Assembly: GCA_951406725.2 (NCBI GenBank)
Contig: OX597824.1
Span: 9,238,001-9,302,000, forward strand
Reading direction: 5' to 3'
DNA from: Octopus vulgaris
Lineage: Eukaryota
Length of the DNA: 64,000 bases
This document shows, piece by piece, positions 1 to 13,652 of this stretch (position 1 is its first letter; each line of letters begins with the position of its first letter). The notes beneath the pieces were generated by a model that saw only the letters and a list, made by a program, of their open reading frames with translations, was not told the DNA's origin and searched no databases. The translations under genes were made by a program, and so were the position numbers.

Positions 1-410
1 GTTCAAGCTTTCGAATTTGGGATAGGCTCTTTGATAATATCTAAGAATTAATGACTCAGAGAGGAAAGTAAGTGAATACCCAGTAAAATTTCATTATGTA
101 ACCAACCGGCTAATACCCATCACACGAATCGGATATAACAAAGAAATTAGATTCACATAAAAATAGTTAGACTGTGTTATAATAGGTGGTCGAAAGCAGC
201 AAGAATTTGATTATGAATAATCTCAGTTTTGAGCAGGAATGGAGTTATTAATATTTTCTTTTTCCATTGTCTTTGTTCCGCTCTAAAATAAAAGAAAAGA
301 AAAGAAATGATGGGATCTATTTGTCTGTCTGTGTGTAGATGGGAAGAATTGAGTTTTGCATTATTTCTTTGTATTTATGTTTAGTTATGTGTATACGTAT
401 TCACTTTTCC

Positions 411-815
411 ATGTATGTATGTATGTATGTATGTATGTATGTATGTATGTATGTATGTATGTATGTATGTATGTGTGTGTGTATGTATGTATGTATGTAT
501 GTATGTATGTATGTGTGTATGTATGTATGTATGCATGATGTATGGATGTATGTATGCATGCATGAATGCATGTATGTGTGTATGTGTGTATGTATGCATG
601 ATGTATGGATGTATGCATGTATGTATGTATGTATGTATGTATGTATGTATGTATGTATGTATGCATGAATGAATGCATGTATGTATGTATGTATGTATGT
701 ATGCATGTATGTATGGATGTATGTATGTATGTATGTATGTATGTATGTATGTATATATGTATGCATGTATGTATGTATGTATGTATGAATGTATGTATGT
801 ATGTATGTATGTATG

Positions 816-849
<34 letters not shown>

Positions 850-899
850 TGTATGTATGTATGTATGTATGCATGTATATATGTATGCATGTATGTATG

Positions 900-933
<34 letters not shown>

Positions 934-959
934 TGTATGTATGTATGTATGTATGTATG

Positions 960-993
<34 letters not shown>

Positions 994-1015
994 TATATGT
1001 ATGTATGTATGCATG

Positions 1016-1049
<34 letters not shown>

Positions 1050-1355
1050 TGTATGTATGTATGTATGTATGTATGTATGTATGTATGTATGTATGTATGT
1101 ATGTATGTATGTATGTATATATGTATGCATGTATGTATGTATATATGTATATATGTATGTATGTATGTATGCATGTATATATGTATGCATGTATGCATGT
1201 ATGTATGTATGTATGTATGTATGTATGTATGTATGTATATATGTATGCATATATGCATGTATGTATGTATGTATGTATGTATGTATGTATGTATGTATGC
1301 ATGAATGAATGCATGTATGCATGTATGTATGTATGTATGTATGTATATATGTATG
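411..1355. repeat. (ATGT)n microsatellite with ATGC/ATAT/ATGA variant units
   Basis: About 945 bp of tetranucleotide repeat read directly. It generates the MYVC/HTYI artefact ORFs. Confidence 0.98.
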
Positions 1356-1519
1356 CTTGCTTGTTTTCATATACTTCCATGACTAGTTGGACTGATGGCT
1401 AGCTGTGTGATTATATATATATATTATAAACATAATATATATAAGTATAAGTATGTATGTATATGTATACAAGCATTATATATATAATAAAAAAAAGCAA
1501 CAAGGATATCTAAAGGTAG

Positions 1520-1607
1520 TGCAGTACAATCGTTTCATGCTACTTCATTTAATTAAACAATGTAAATATTACACCAGTTTTAAAATGTAGAACACTCTTC
1601 AGCCACA
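1520..1607 (-). ncRNA. Putative type-I hammerhead ribozyme in a Penelope-like relic
   Basis: Minus strand: UGUGG-CUGAAGA-GUG(UU)CUAC...GUAG-CAU-GAAA-CGAUUG-UA-CUGCA. Stem I is UGUGG/CUGCA with GU wobbles. Stem II carries a long AT loop. ACGAUUGU is self-complementary with wobbles. Cleavage triplet is GUA. Confidence 0.6.
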
Positions 1608-1983
1608 TATAGAATTTTTAAAATTAAATTGACAATGTTCATTTTCCTACTTAATTCCATTGGCCAACATTTCAAAGAGGGTAGGTATATAGACAGAGAG
1701 GTGAATCTCATCAACAGAAATATGGTAATAAATGATCTTTTCTCATGGGTAGATAACTTATCACTGAATTTACTTTGTTATTTAGATTTACTATTGGGGA
1801 GGATTTTTTATTCTATTAAGTTCAGTGGAGACAACTAAGAATTTATCTATTTATAGATAGAAGAAGAGGCAGTTTAAGTGGCGGAGCCATAAATCAAACT
1901 CTTCTTTGAAGAACTTAACTCTGGTACTACATCCCAATGTATTTTAGCTAAAGTTATTAGGTTGAAGCTAAAGGGACTATTTC

Positions 1984-2600
1984 TCACAAACTATTGTTGC
2001 AACCTTTTTCGATCTCCATCAGTGTTGTTTTTAGGCGGGACATTTCGCTACTTTTGGGATGCTGGTTGAGTCGATTTGCAATCTTCGCCCGTCCTCTCAT
2101 GAGGATCTTCCTCTCCCTTGGAATTTTACTCTTATTTCTTTTGGCCTTGTGCTCTGGGACATATTTCTGGCATATGGCTTGCACAGAAGACATGAAACGT
2201 TCTAGTTTCATGTCAATATCTGGTGTGGAGAGACATTTCGGCCAGTCCTCTCTGAGGATCTCTTTTTGGATCGATTTCCAATCTGCTTTGTGGAAGTTCA
2301 GATTGGAGAGATTTCGGGTGCTTCCTTTAGGCTGTATGCCTCTGGTTACTTTCGGCCAAAACATAGACAGCTCTATTATGTTGTGATCCGAGACTAATGT
2401 CGGTTTCACTTTCACATCATGAATGATGTCCATATTGTTCGTGAAGCAGAGATCCAGAATGTTATTCCCCCTAGTTGGTCTGAGTACAACTTGCTCCATG
2501 AATAGGGCATTATGAGGTTGAGCAGAGACCCCACCTGTGCTTGCTTGGAATGAGTCATTGCTGAGACTATGTGACCTTCGGCCATTTGATGTTGGGGAAA
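1984..2600 (-). mobile_element. Non-LTR retrotransposon (CR1/L2-like) ORF2 fragment: end of AP endonuclease plus linker
   Basis: The ORF contains [14 protein letters not shown]...SDHN and NFHKADW. FPNIKW occurs in a shifted frame near 2580-2600. Truncated by (TA)n. Confidence 0.88.
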
Positions 2601-2626
2601 GATATATATATATATCTTTGGGCATT

Positions 2627-2691
<65 letters not shown>

Positions 2692-2721
2692 CAGGTGTTT
2701 ATGTGTATATATATATATATA

Positions 2722-2796
<75 letters not shown>

Positions 2797-3577
2797 TAGA
2801 TAGATAGATAGATATAGATATAGATATAGATATAGATATATATATATATATAGAAACTCGAGTGTGTATCACGTAAGGCTAGGGATGGGATCGATGAGCT
2901 TCCCTCACAAATACTAATCGGACACAGAATGTGTGTCGTTAGACAGCTGGAAGAGATGTCTTCCTGAGGCTATAAACGACAGTAGCACCGTCCTGTATAG
3001 AACGCTACACTTGGTTAGCAATTATATATTACTATTCCGCATTGCTACTGTTTACATCTCGCTCAGAGATATAATATACCATATATATATACCCTACATA
3101 TATATATATGTGCGTGTGTATGTGTGTATATACAGATATATATATGGATATGGGTGTTTATGTGTTTATATATATATATATATATGTTTGTACATGTTTT
3201 GTATGCATGTGTGTGTCTGTATGTAATATATATAAATGTTATTCATGTATGTGGATATACACACATTACGAATAGATATATATATGTAAATATGTGTATA
3301 AGCAGTTATAGCTCACATGTAAGTGTGTATATATAGGTATATATCTAGGTATGTTGTATATTGGTTGGTACGTATCTGCTTAAGTATGTCTCTTTTTCAA
3401 CTTCTCTCAAACATTGTGTTTAGTTTCTTCTGTGCCATTATTGCTGTTCTCTTCTTTCCGTTTCCAAGATTGTACAACTTCTCACTCTTTCTCTCTCTCT
3501 CTCACTCTCTCTCTCTCTGTCTTTCGCTGTATCACACACATAGATATATGGCTACGTTCAATGTATATATGTATGTT

Positions 3578-3631
<54 letters not shown>

Positions 3632-3699
3632 TATATATATATGTGTGTGTGTATATATATGTACATACATATCTGCATATATCTATATATATGCATATA

Positions 3700-3749
<50 letters not shown>

Positions 3750-3960
3750 TATATATATATGTACATATATGCATATATATAGATATATGCACATATGTAT
3801 GTAGATATATTCTTACTACACGCACGCATGCGCATGCACACACACACAGACATACAAACATACACATGTACATACGTACGCACACACTGACGCACGCATC
3901 CGCCTACTAGGAAAATAATAAGACACATAGAAAAAAAGAGGCCGGCATATATGTAGAGTA

Positions 3961-4000
<40 letters not shown>

Positions 4001-4096
4001 ACGTATATGCTTACAATCATGAAATAATAAATTCCCGCATACACACGCGCACGTATCCAATAATGCCGCCCCTGAAGCTAAATATTCTATTAAGAC

Positions 4097-4256
4097 TTCG
4101 TTTCTGCACCGCCCTCATCTTTGTGATTGAGTAAATGGCCGTATAACATCGATCACAACTTTACTTCGCTTTTCAGAAGGAAATATATTTTCCGCCATTT
4201 TTTCTTTTTTTTTCCTTCGTTTCTTAGCATTTTCTCTGTGAATTGTTCTTGGAACA
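4097..4256 (+). repeat. About 160-bp segment duplicated at 6589-6751
   Basis: TTCGTTTCTGCACCGCCCTC...TTCTTGGAACA is near-identical at both sites. Confidence 0.93.
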
Positions 4257-4650
4257 AAATCTTTCGGACAATTCAGTTTCAAAAGAAACACATTGAAAAG
4301 GAAATGAAAAAAAGTATAAATAAATATAAAGAATTCGAAGATAACAACGCTAGTCAATTTTAGTGAAAATTTTGTACATGTTGTCACATCGGACTTCTAT
4401 TTTCTAGTAATGCATTTTTGGAGTTGAAGTGTGATAGAATAAGATATATATTTTTGCTAGCTAGACTTTTCTCGCTATTTGCCGGAATCAATTCTGTGAA
4501 ATGGTATATCTATTTTACACGTCACTTCTCCGGGCGCTGTAGTTGGTAGAAACAACAGTTAAATCACATTGAAATTCTATCGATTAAAAGTGTCTCAGAA
4601 TTTGTCCTTGTTTTGAGTACCACATGTAATATATATATATATATATATAT

Positions 4651-4854
4651 ATTTCTTTATTGCCAACAAGGGGCTAAACATAGAGGGGACAAAAAAGGAA
4701 AGACAAAGGGATGATTAAGTCGATTATATCGATCCCAGTGCGAAAATGGTACTTTATTTATCGACCCCGAAAGGATGAAATGCAAAGTCGACCTCGGCGA
4801 AACACCGCTAAGCATTTTGCCCGGCGCGCCAAAGTTTCTGTCAGATCGCCGCCT
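4651..4854 (-). mobile_element. SINE family A (tRNA-derived), internally deleted monomer
   Basis: Matches the recurring family A sequence. Flanked by TACCACATGTA at 4618-4628 and 4855-4865 (target-site duplication, TSD). Confidence 0.85.
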
Positions 4855-5205
4855 TACCACATGTAGTATTTATAGGACGTACTTTCTTGACGTCTATGCA
4901 TCATACGTGATACATATTCCAGTTTTTATTCAACTGCTAGAGTAATATGGGACTTGTGAAATATTTGCAAGAAAAGCAGACTATATGTATGAGAAGAAGC
5001 ATGAACGTTTAGGAAATATTTATGAAAATGATTTGAACCGACCAAGGGTTAAATAAGTGTTTTTAACATAAGCACAGGAACTGAAAATTGAGGGCATAGT
5101 GTTTGGGTTACATCAGCACCAGTACTTGACTAGCACTTTATTCTCTCAACCCCAAGGCCGGATTAAAACCCATAGAGGACCTAAGCACTTAAAATATTTT
5201 GGTGC

Positions 5206-5243
<38 letters not shown>

Positions 5244-5383
5244 AAAGATGTGTTATATAACCATTTTACACATATAAAAACAGCCAACAATACAACAAAC
5301 CTCCATCATCAGCTGATCCACGGATATCACTACGGCCTCGACATCTGGACACCACCATTCAATCCGGCGGTGCCGATAGCACT

Positions 5384-5527
5384 CATAATGAAAATGAATA
5401 CTGGTGGAATGTACCAGTGAAAAGCTCAATAAAATTTAAGCACAACAGACCTGATATAATGGTTTAGGATAGAGAGGAGAAAATGTGCACAATTGTGCAA
5501 ATTATCTGCCCAGCGGATGTTAACATA
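5384..5527 (+). pseudogene. Restriction-like endonuclease fragment of an R4/Dong-like non-LTR retrotransposon
   Basis: Manual translation gives HNENEYWWNVPVKSSIKFKHNRPDIMV*DREEKMCTIVQIICPADVNI, which matches the HNRPDI...C.I....CP.D.NI motif. One in-frame stop. Confidence 0.82.
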
Positions 5528-5603
5528 TTAGAATTTGTAGTATTCAGCAGTTTTCCATTCACAAAATTGTATATCCTTTTACTAATTTTCATTAGCCATT
5601 ATT

Positions 5604-5991
5604 CTTTTCTACTCTAGGCACAAGGCCCGACAATTTGGGGGAGGGGGCGAGACGATTAGATCGACCCCAGTACACAACTGGTACTTAATTTATCGACCAT
5701 GAAAGGATGAAATGTAAAGTAGACCTCGGCGGAATTTGAACTCAGAACGTAAAGACAGACGAAATACCTATTTCTTTACTACCCACAAGGGGCTAAACAC
5801 AGGGAGGACAAACAAAGACAGACAAACGGATTAAGTTAATTACATCGACCCCAGTACGTAACTGGTACTTAATTTATGGACCCCGAAAGGCAAAGTCGAC
5901 CTCGGTGGAATTTGATCTCAGAACGTAGCGGCAGACGACATACTGCTAAGCATTTCGCCCGCCGCTCTAACGATTCTGCCAGCTCGCCACC
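5604..5991 (-). mobile_element. SINE family A, dimeric form
   Basis: Two tandem body units. 18-bp TSD TTTTCATTA(G/A)CCATTATT at 5586-5603 and 5992-6009. Confidence 0.9.
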
Positions 5992-7385
5992 TTTTCATTA
6001 ACCATTATTAATGAATATAATCAGAATTTTGTAAACCGATGCACCCCGCTCCTCAAATAGTACATCTCTACCTTTATCTTTCTAGTGACAATAATGATGG
6101 CCGTATTTACTATATCAAGGACCGCTTCAGGAAAGAAATTTATTGATTCACTTTTAATATTTTTCGGTTATAATCCAAGCTGTCCTTGTCAGCGTTTTAT
6201 GGGAATGCTTAAGAGTTTCACAATATCCTCGTTTCTGACATTATCGTTATGAAATTTTGATGCATATTGTGGGAATTACTTAAAAACCGATTGTTAATGT
6301 TATGCCATTTCATAATGTGTTTGATGGAGAAAACTTTGAAGCTGTCTGACAAGTGTATTGACATAAGTAGAAGCTGTTAACATCGTTGTTAGATATATTA
6401 CGTGTTAAATAGATTTCACTTTCAAGAGTGATACTAGCTGAGTGGAAAAGGTTCTTGACCTCCAAATGCACGCAGCTCAGTTTGCTATCTTCCACTAGTA
6501 TTCGGTGTTGTTCAATTTCAGTAAATTTACTGACTGCTGGCATGTCTGTGTTGTTTAGACACAAGCTTTGCATCTACGTCGATTTGAGTTCGTTTCTGCA
6601 CCGCCCTCATCTTTGTGATTGAGTAAATGGCCGTATAACATCGATCACAACTTTACTTCGGTATTCTGAAGGAAATATATTTTCCGCCACTTTTTCTTTT
6701 TTTTTTTTTTTTCGTTTCTTAGTATTTTCTCTGTGAATTGTTCTTGGAACACAAGCATTGCATCTACGTCGATTTGAGTTCTTTCTCACCGCACACCACA
6801 TTCAGAAAACGTCTATAAGCATAGCGCCATATTGAATAAGTGGTTTGCGGAAAAAAATTTGATAGACGGAAGCTGGTTGGAAAATTATCAGAACGGCAAC
6901 ATTCTGTTGTTCGATAGAAAATGTAATAAGTGGCTCAGTTTAACAATAGTATGTGGGCCATGAGTACCTGTAGCAGTGTATGTCCTGTTGCAAGCATTCG
7001 ATCTAAGTGTCTCACTTACGGATACCTGACCTCCTTCACTCTGCTGGTCTCAGGGGCCTCTTAAAGTGGTCTGCACTTTGCTTTACCTCCTCCGATGAAA
7101 CGGATATTAACACATAAATATTATGCTTACCCAGAGTAAATTGATATATCAAAGTTCCTCAAACTTTTATCAACCCTATATATAAGTACTCTGTTCGTTA
7201 AAAGCTTACCAACACTAAATTGATTATGCATTGTAAACATTATTACAATATATTATCCCCCAAATTTATATATATTTATATATATGTGTATAATATATTT
7301 ATATATATATATATACATATATATATATCTGTATTTATATATATACATATATATATATATAGATATATATACATGCATATATGTT

Positions 7386-7439
<54 letters not shown>

Positions 7440-7629
7440 TATAGATATATATATATATATATATATACATACATACACACACACGTATTTATATATAAAT
7501 ATGGAAAAATGAGTAGACATGACTTTTTGGGGGATATTTTTTATTGTAATAACGTTTACAGTTGGTTTTTAATAATACTCATTTTTTCAAATATATTTTA
7601 CTGTACCAAGAGCAATATTTTTATTACTC

Positions 7630-7996
7630 CCAGGACAGCCGACAACTGATGAAAGGTCGTTTTTTATGTTACTTGTCTTGTAATTCATGTTTCGTTCTTT
7701 GCGTACTCAACGTTATTTTCGTATTTCATGTTGTTTATGATTTTTGAGGTCCTGTACCCATATATGCATACCTATATAATTACATATGTATGTACATATG
7801 TGTGTCTATATATGCATATATATATATATATATATTATTTATATTATTATTTCATTGAACGCATCCATTTCCAAGTAAGTTTCATCTGTATATATTTGAT
7901 GCGACTCTTTCCTTTACTGTTCCCTCTCTCTTTCTCCTTTTCGTTTTCTCTCTCATCCTTTCTCTAATTCTTTCTTCTCCCCTTCATTTTTTACTA

Positions 7997-8064
<68 letters not shown>

Positions 8065-8079
8065 CCTGTTCCTCCTTTA

Positions 8080-8113
<34 letters not shown>

Positions 8114-8559
8114 GCTCACCCATTACCATCGTCCAAATTTCCTTGCCTCACGTGATCGTCTTTCTTTTCCTTCAATCTGTTGTGCAGTCAAGACGCATTC
8201 CCATCTGTCACCTCTCCTTTCTTTTCTCTTATCAAAGAATCTTCTTCCAGCGTTCGCTACCTTAACTTGTATGAGACTAACAGCTCCCCCTGCTTGTATT
8301 CGTTTCGTTTGATGTGCCGTATGTCCTGTTTTTGTTACCAACTTTGACTCTCCACAAATCGCAAATTTTATTTGGGTCGCGGGAGCAACTGCCTTCAGAG
8401 TTTTATCGTGTCGTTCATTGTTCGAAACAAGGATTTGAAGGACAACCGACAACTGATGAAGGGTCGTTTTTTATGTTACTTTTCTTGTTTTCCATATATG
8501 CATACCTATATACATACATACGTATGTATGTACATATGTGTGCATATATGCATATATAG

Positions 8560-8560
<1 letters not shown>
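7630..8560 (+). repeat. Unclassified repeat element with a direct terminal repeat
   Basis: GGACA(G/A)CCGACAACTGATGAA(A/G)GGTCGTTTTTTATGTTACTT occurs at about 7632 and 8440. A related segment lies at 12390-12520. Confidence 0.6.
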
Positions 8561-8588
<28 letters not shown>

Positions 8589-8590
<2 letters not shown>

Positions 8591-9048
8591 TAGTTAGTTA
8601 GTTAATTTGGCTCAAAAGCAAATAGCAAGGCCATGTAGGGGGACAGGAGTTAAGTACAGGGTGGTGTTCATGTAAAGAGTTCAGGCCACTTGAGGTCAAG
8701 GGAGGCTTTGAATAAAGCGGTCGTCGGCATCTTCACCATCTCGTCTGGCAGCTTGTTCCACGGATCCGCAACCCGGACGGAGAAAGCTCCTCTCCTTCGA
8801 TTGAGATGAAATCGTCGCATGTAGAGCTTTTCGGAATGACCCCGCAGCCGACGCTCTGGAGCAGGAGTGAAGAACAGCTCTTTCGAAAGGTTACACTTTC
8901 CGCTTATGATGTTGTGGTCGAGAATGAGATCACCACGGCGGCGGCGTTTTTCAAGAGAATAAAGGTCGAGCGTCCTCAGCCTTTCTTCATAGGACAAATG
9001 TTTGAGACCATGAACCATGCGGGTAGCCAGCTTCTGGACTCTTTCGAG
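8589..9048 (-). mobile_element. 5'-truncated CR1-like LINE: RT C-terminus, 3' UTR and (TAAC)n tail
   Basis: LSYEERLRTLDLYSLEKRRRRGDLI...RGHSEKL...FSVRV..WNKLP, then a stop codon, a short UTR and a tandem tail (GTTAGTTAGTTAG on the plus strand). Confidence 0.92.
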
Positions 9049-9148
9049 TTAATCCAAATATGAAAACACAAAGAGAAAACACAACAACACGAGAACGTTG
9101 AACAAGTATAGTGTTATTGGACGCTCAGAAAAGGAAAGAAAGTAGGAT

Positions 9149-9185
9149 AATTTAACGTTTCGAGCGGTGCTCTTCGTCAGAAACT
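9149..9185 (-). ncRNA. Minimal type-I hammerhead ribozyme
   Basis: AGUUU-CUGACGA-A-GAGC-ACC-GCUC-GAAA-CG-UU-AAAUU. Palindromic AACGUU replaces stem III. Confidence 0.75.
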
Positions 9186-9538
9186 TAGAAAAAGGAAAGA
9201 ACCAAGGAAGGGAAGACGGAGAAAGAAAATCGCCAACGAAACACACGCGGTCACATATTGAATGTGACCAAATATATATATATGCATATATATATATATA
9301 TCAATATGCATTAATCGCTTAAATGCAATAATGTTATTCAGACGTAAACAATCCTCAGAGCTTGTCTATGATTTAAATTCTGCTCGTTTCTTCTCGTCAG
9401 ATGATAGTGTTTGAAATGTCAATGATGATTATCAAAGGGCGTTACAAAGTTAATAGACTGCATAGAACAGGCTGTATCATTAGTTTGTCCTACCGTGTTC
9501 AAATACGGCCATACACACATGCATACGTGCATCCATAT

Positions 9539-9625
<87 letters not shown>

Positions 9626-10182
9626 CATACATTCATATATATGTATTCGCATATGTACACATATATAGCCAGAGGCATAGTTGGCTATTTCACTACAATC
9701 GAATTTGATTTCTCATTGCTAACGCTATATAATTACTAGCGTTAAATTGATATTCTCTTATTGCCAGCTTATTTTATATTGAAATTGCGTAGCATTTGAT
9801 GTTGCTTTGAGACCACGTTGACCAACAAATTAACTTAATTCCGTATTATCAATTAAGATGGGTGCTTTGAATTTTTATGTGGTCACTCTAATTCAAGACC
9901 CAAATATTATGACAGGGTTTATTAAGATGTGACAATGTATCGACAATCAGCAACGATATTTATTGCAGCCACACTATAAATATTTAGGCTTACCAAAAGC
10001 AGTATTGATATATACAGCATAGATTGCCGTCACTCGCGAGCGAGTATGTAACATGTTATATGCTTCGTTGTGTCCGGTTATATCACTCCAGTACGCAGTA
10101 TCCGATAAGATCCAAGTCTTCGTAGTATAGTAAAGAGGATAGGTTGTTGTCCAGTTTGTCTCCGCTCTCTGCATCAATTATA

Positions 10183-10390
10183 CACGGTGCGGCAGAAATA
10201 CCTCCCACATTTGAGAGGTTGACCAAAGGTAAAAGAAACAATATTTATGAAAAATTAATTTTACTGTTGTTTAAACAAAGGGTTACTATTTTCGTTCATT
10301 AGCTAAATGAAAATATCATTGATACTTGTATATTTACATTTTCACATAAGTGAAAGTTTAAAATCTGGAAGGTATTTCTGCCGCACCCTG
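10183..10390. mobile_element. Tc1/mariner-type MITE
   Basis: About 30-bp terminal inverted repeats (TIRs) CA(C/G)GGTGCGGCAGAAATACCT, with TA on both flanks. Confidence 0.88.
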
Positions 10391-13300
10391 TAGATTCAAA
10401 GGTGCAGCACGGTAGTTACAAGTTGACACTAGCCTCGTCGCAGGAGTTGCCAGAACAGGATTGTAGACGGCGTTGAACTCCCGATTTTTACTCAGAGTTT
10501 AATCTCGAATCCTTTATCATGGCTATGCATGGCTGCAAGTAAATGGAGATTTGGAATGAGGGTTTTTTAAGATCCCCCCTAGACACGTTGTTCGCCCGGT
10601 GTTAACGAGTTCTATTTATTCGAATGATTTATTAAGTACCCCATAGCTGAGGCTCTGACATGTTCTACTACTCCATGTTAGAGTAGGCTTAGGAACCATG
10701 GTAGCTTAGAAGTGATTTGACATACCTTAAAAACCCAGAACACCTAAATCAGTGTGCCACTAGTGAATGCCGTTTTAAGTCATACAGAGGGCAGTCATGA
10801 GCATCCATAGGCACATACTTAGCTTTATGACAGTTGACCAAACAGACTGCCCATGAAATGGTACCTGAAGGAAGAGACTGTTGCAGCAGTATCCGGCTGG
10901 TACTCAGTACTGCCGAGTAAATCTGAGCAACGCAACGTAAAATCCTTTGCTCAAAGATTGACTGCTTCGTCTATTTCAAGACTTTTAACCACAACTCTAC
11001 GATCATGGTGTGAAAAACCTAATCAATAATGCGCGTGCCTTCACCAAGCGAATTTTAAGGCACTTATAATGCTGGTTTTTCTTTGGTTAGAAAAGAAAAC
11101 CAGAACACCATTTTAAAATCTGATAAAATATTGAATAGGGCAATTATTCATTCCCCAGTGATTATGGCGTCGTAAATGATGTCAAATGTCTTTAAACCAG
11201 GTTAAAAAAACCTTGTCACAATCTTTTCTTTTCTATGAAGTAAATCATCCCCTGCAGCCATGTTTGATATTGATCCTCTAATTAGAAATAATCGTTTGCT
11301 GTTTATGATTATTCTCAAAGGAATTCGTGGTATCAACAAAGCAAATATTTCTACAGCAGCAGAGATACAATGACGCTTTATAATCACTGTTACCCAAGAG
11401 CATACCTCTCACCTGATTGCTAATTCACATATAATTACTAGGCCTGTCGTAATGAACAAAAAAAAATATAAATTATAAAATATAAATTTGACATGATATA
11501 TTCAACTTAATTTTGTTATTTGGGGAATCAATCAAATGCAAATTGTTAAATTTTGATTAAAAATAAAAACAAAAAATCTGCTAACTTTAATAATGTTATT
11601 AACATTTGTCATTTCTATTTTCCACATTTAGCTGGTTTCGATTATTCTATTTATAGCATCAAACTTGGATCTACAACGAACTGTATCCAATAAACACTGC
11701 TTCATTTCTTAACTCCAATTCCGTAAAGGGAAACATAAAAGAAGACGACAACAACAACAACAACAACAGCAAAGCAATTTCTTCTCAATTTGATGTTGGA
11801 GGACTCACACATACACATGAGATTTGATTTCATATAATTATCTCACAAAACTGCTTCTGTGCAATGGGATTATGCATGTTAGTAAGATACTTTAGATGAT
11901 TCAATGAATATTAGTGCGTATTTTATGCAGTTACTTCGTCTTTTTATAGTGTATAGTGTTCTCTTCCTTTGGTTTACTGCAAAGCGCAATGGCAGACGAT
12001 AGAGAAAAAATGTGCACGCGCACACACATACACATGAATAAATACATACACACATTCCTTAGGTAGATAGATGGTGGGATGGATGGAGGGATATAGATAT
12101 AGATACATGCATGTATGTATTCGCTGAAAGCATGTAAGCGTTGAAAGTAGGGGAGGTCAACTGGGAAAGCAATGCTTACTATTGTCACCGATGGAGGAAA
12201 CAAGTAGACAAGAAGTTCATATCTTCGGAAAAAAATAAGCATATTCTTGCTGAATTTAAGTGAGCTGCTCGAAAACGCACAACAAAATGTATCAGTTGGT
12301 GAAGGTGGGGTTCTTCGGTCTCGAGTAGACAACCGTTATAGGTACATACATACATTTATACATATATATATATATATATATATATGTATAACATTTTTTG
12401 ATGTCCTGTGCCCATATATGCATGTATATATACGTATATGTGTAGGTATGTACACAAATGTATGTATATATATGCATATATTTATATATTATTTATATTA
12501 TATTATATTATATTTATATATATATGTGTGTAACGAAAGCACATACCTTGTCTTTGTGTTCGACATTGTTTATATATTTGTACGTATCTACATATGTATG
12601 TATGTATGCATATATGTGTCTACGTATCTATACATTTATGAGTGTGTGTGTGTGTGAGTTTGTGTGTGTTTGTGTGTGTTTGTGTATGTGTGTGTGTGAG
12701 TGTCTTATTGCCTTGTGCGTGCGTATGCATGGATGCGTTTATATATAAGCCAACGGTTTTAATATAGCGACTGAAATCTTGTATTCCAAGCTAGTGTCAG
12801 CAACGTAAATACATGTTCTATTTTCATTGATATTCTTAGTAATTTTCTGTAATATAAGCTTACAGTAACAAGTAACAACTTACAGGATTGGTTAATACTA
12901 ACAAGATCTCCATCAATAAGTGCGTGGCATTGTTGTCGGCAACGATAGCTGATTAGTCTGAGAGCACAGAAGGAGAAAGAAGCCGATGGCTACCGCACAT
13001 CCGATCTAATTTCATTACTTCAGTCTGTCACACTTTATTTATTTATTTTTACAAGAAACTAATCATGAGTCGTTAACAAGTCATAAAACTGTTTATAAAT
13101 GTACCATTCCATTAAAGGTGTCGGAAGAACGGGGCTGTAAGGTGACAAAATTCCTATTTGTAGAGACCAGGGTCTAACGCTAATGTTAACAACTGATATA
13201 TATTACTTTGCTCATCAATTATGGAAAACTAAATCAATGAAAGATATGAGTTGGGGGAAAATATTTCAACAGTGTTCTTCCTCGTCTCATCGAATTCTCT

Positions 13301-13593
13301 AGAAAACAATAAGAATGTTTGGTTGTGTGTTGAGGGTGGAAGAGAGGAGGGAGGAATTTGACTGATATGTGTGCTGCAGAAAAACCATCGATTTTTCAAA
13401 ATTAGTTAAACGCAAAAGAAACGTAATGTGACTAGAATATTCGAATACACAAATCATACACAGAAGCGTATTCGAATATAAATCTACACACGCTCAAACA
13501 CACACGCGCTCATGCGTAGAGACATACACATCTTTGCGTATATATTTGCACATATATATCTACATACACATGTATATGTATCTGTACATACAC

Positions 13594-13652
<59 letters not shown>

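Noticed and set aside
339-1402. Long ORFs of 200-330 aa (MYVC/HTYI repeats), and all similar YI, CV, RE and LS ORFs across the window
   Set aside because: These are translations of stop-free microsatellites, not genes.
6310-6850. FLYWCH/MULE-like peptide hints on the minus strand (KPLIQYG..YAY, WC..R...C.A)
   Set aside because: Requires frameshifts and lacks the terminal His residues; not supportable by eye.
11202-11387. LLIPRIPL, resembling a Helitron helicase motif
   Set aside because: A single short motif without flanking support.
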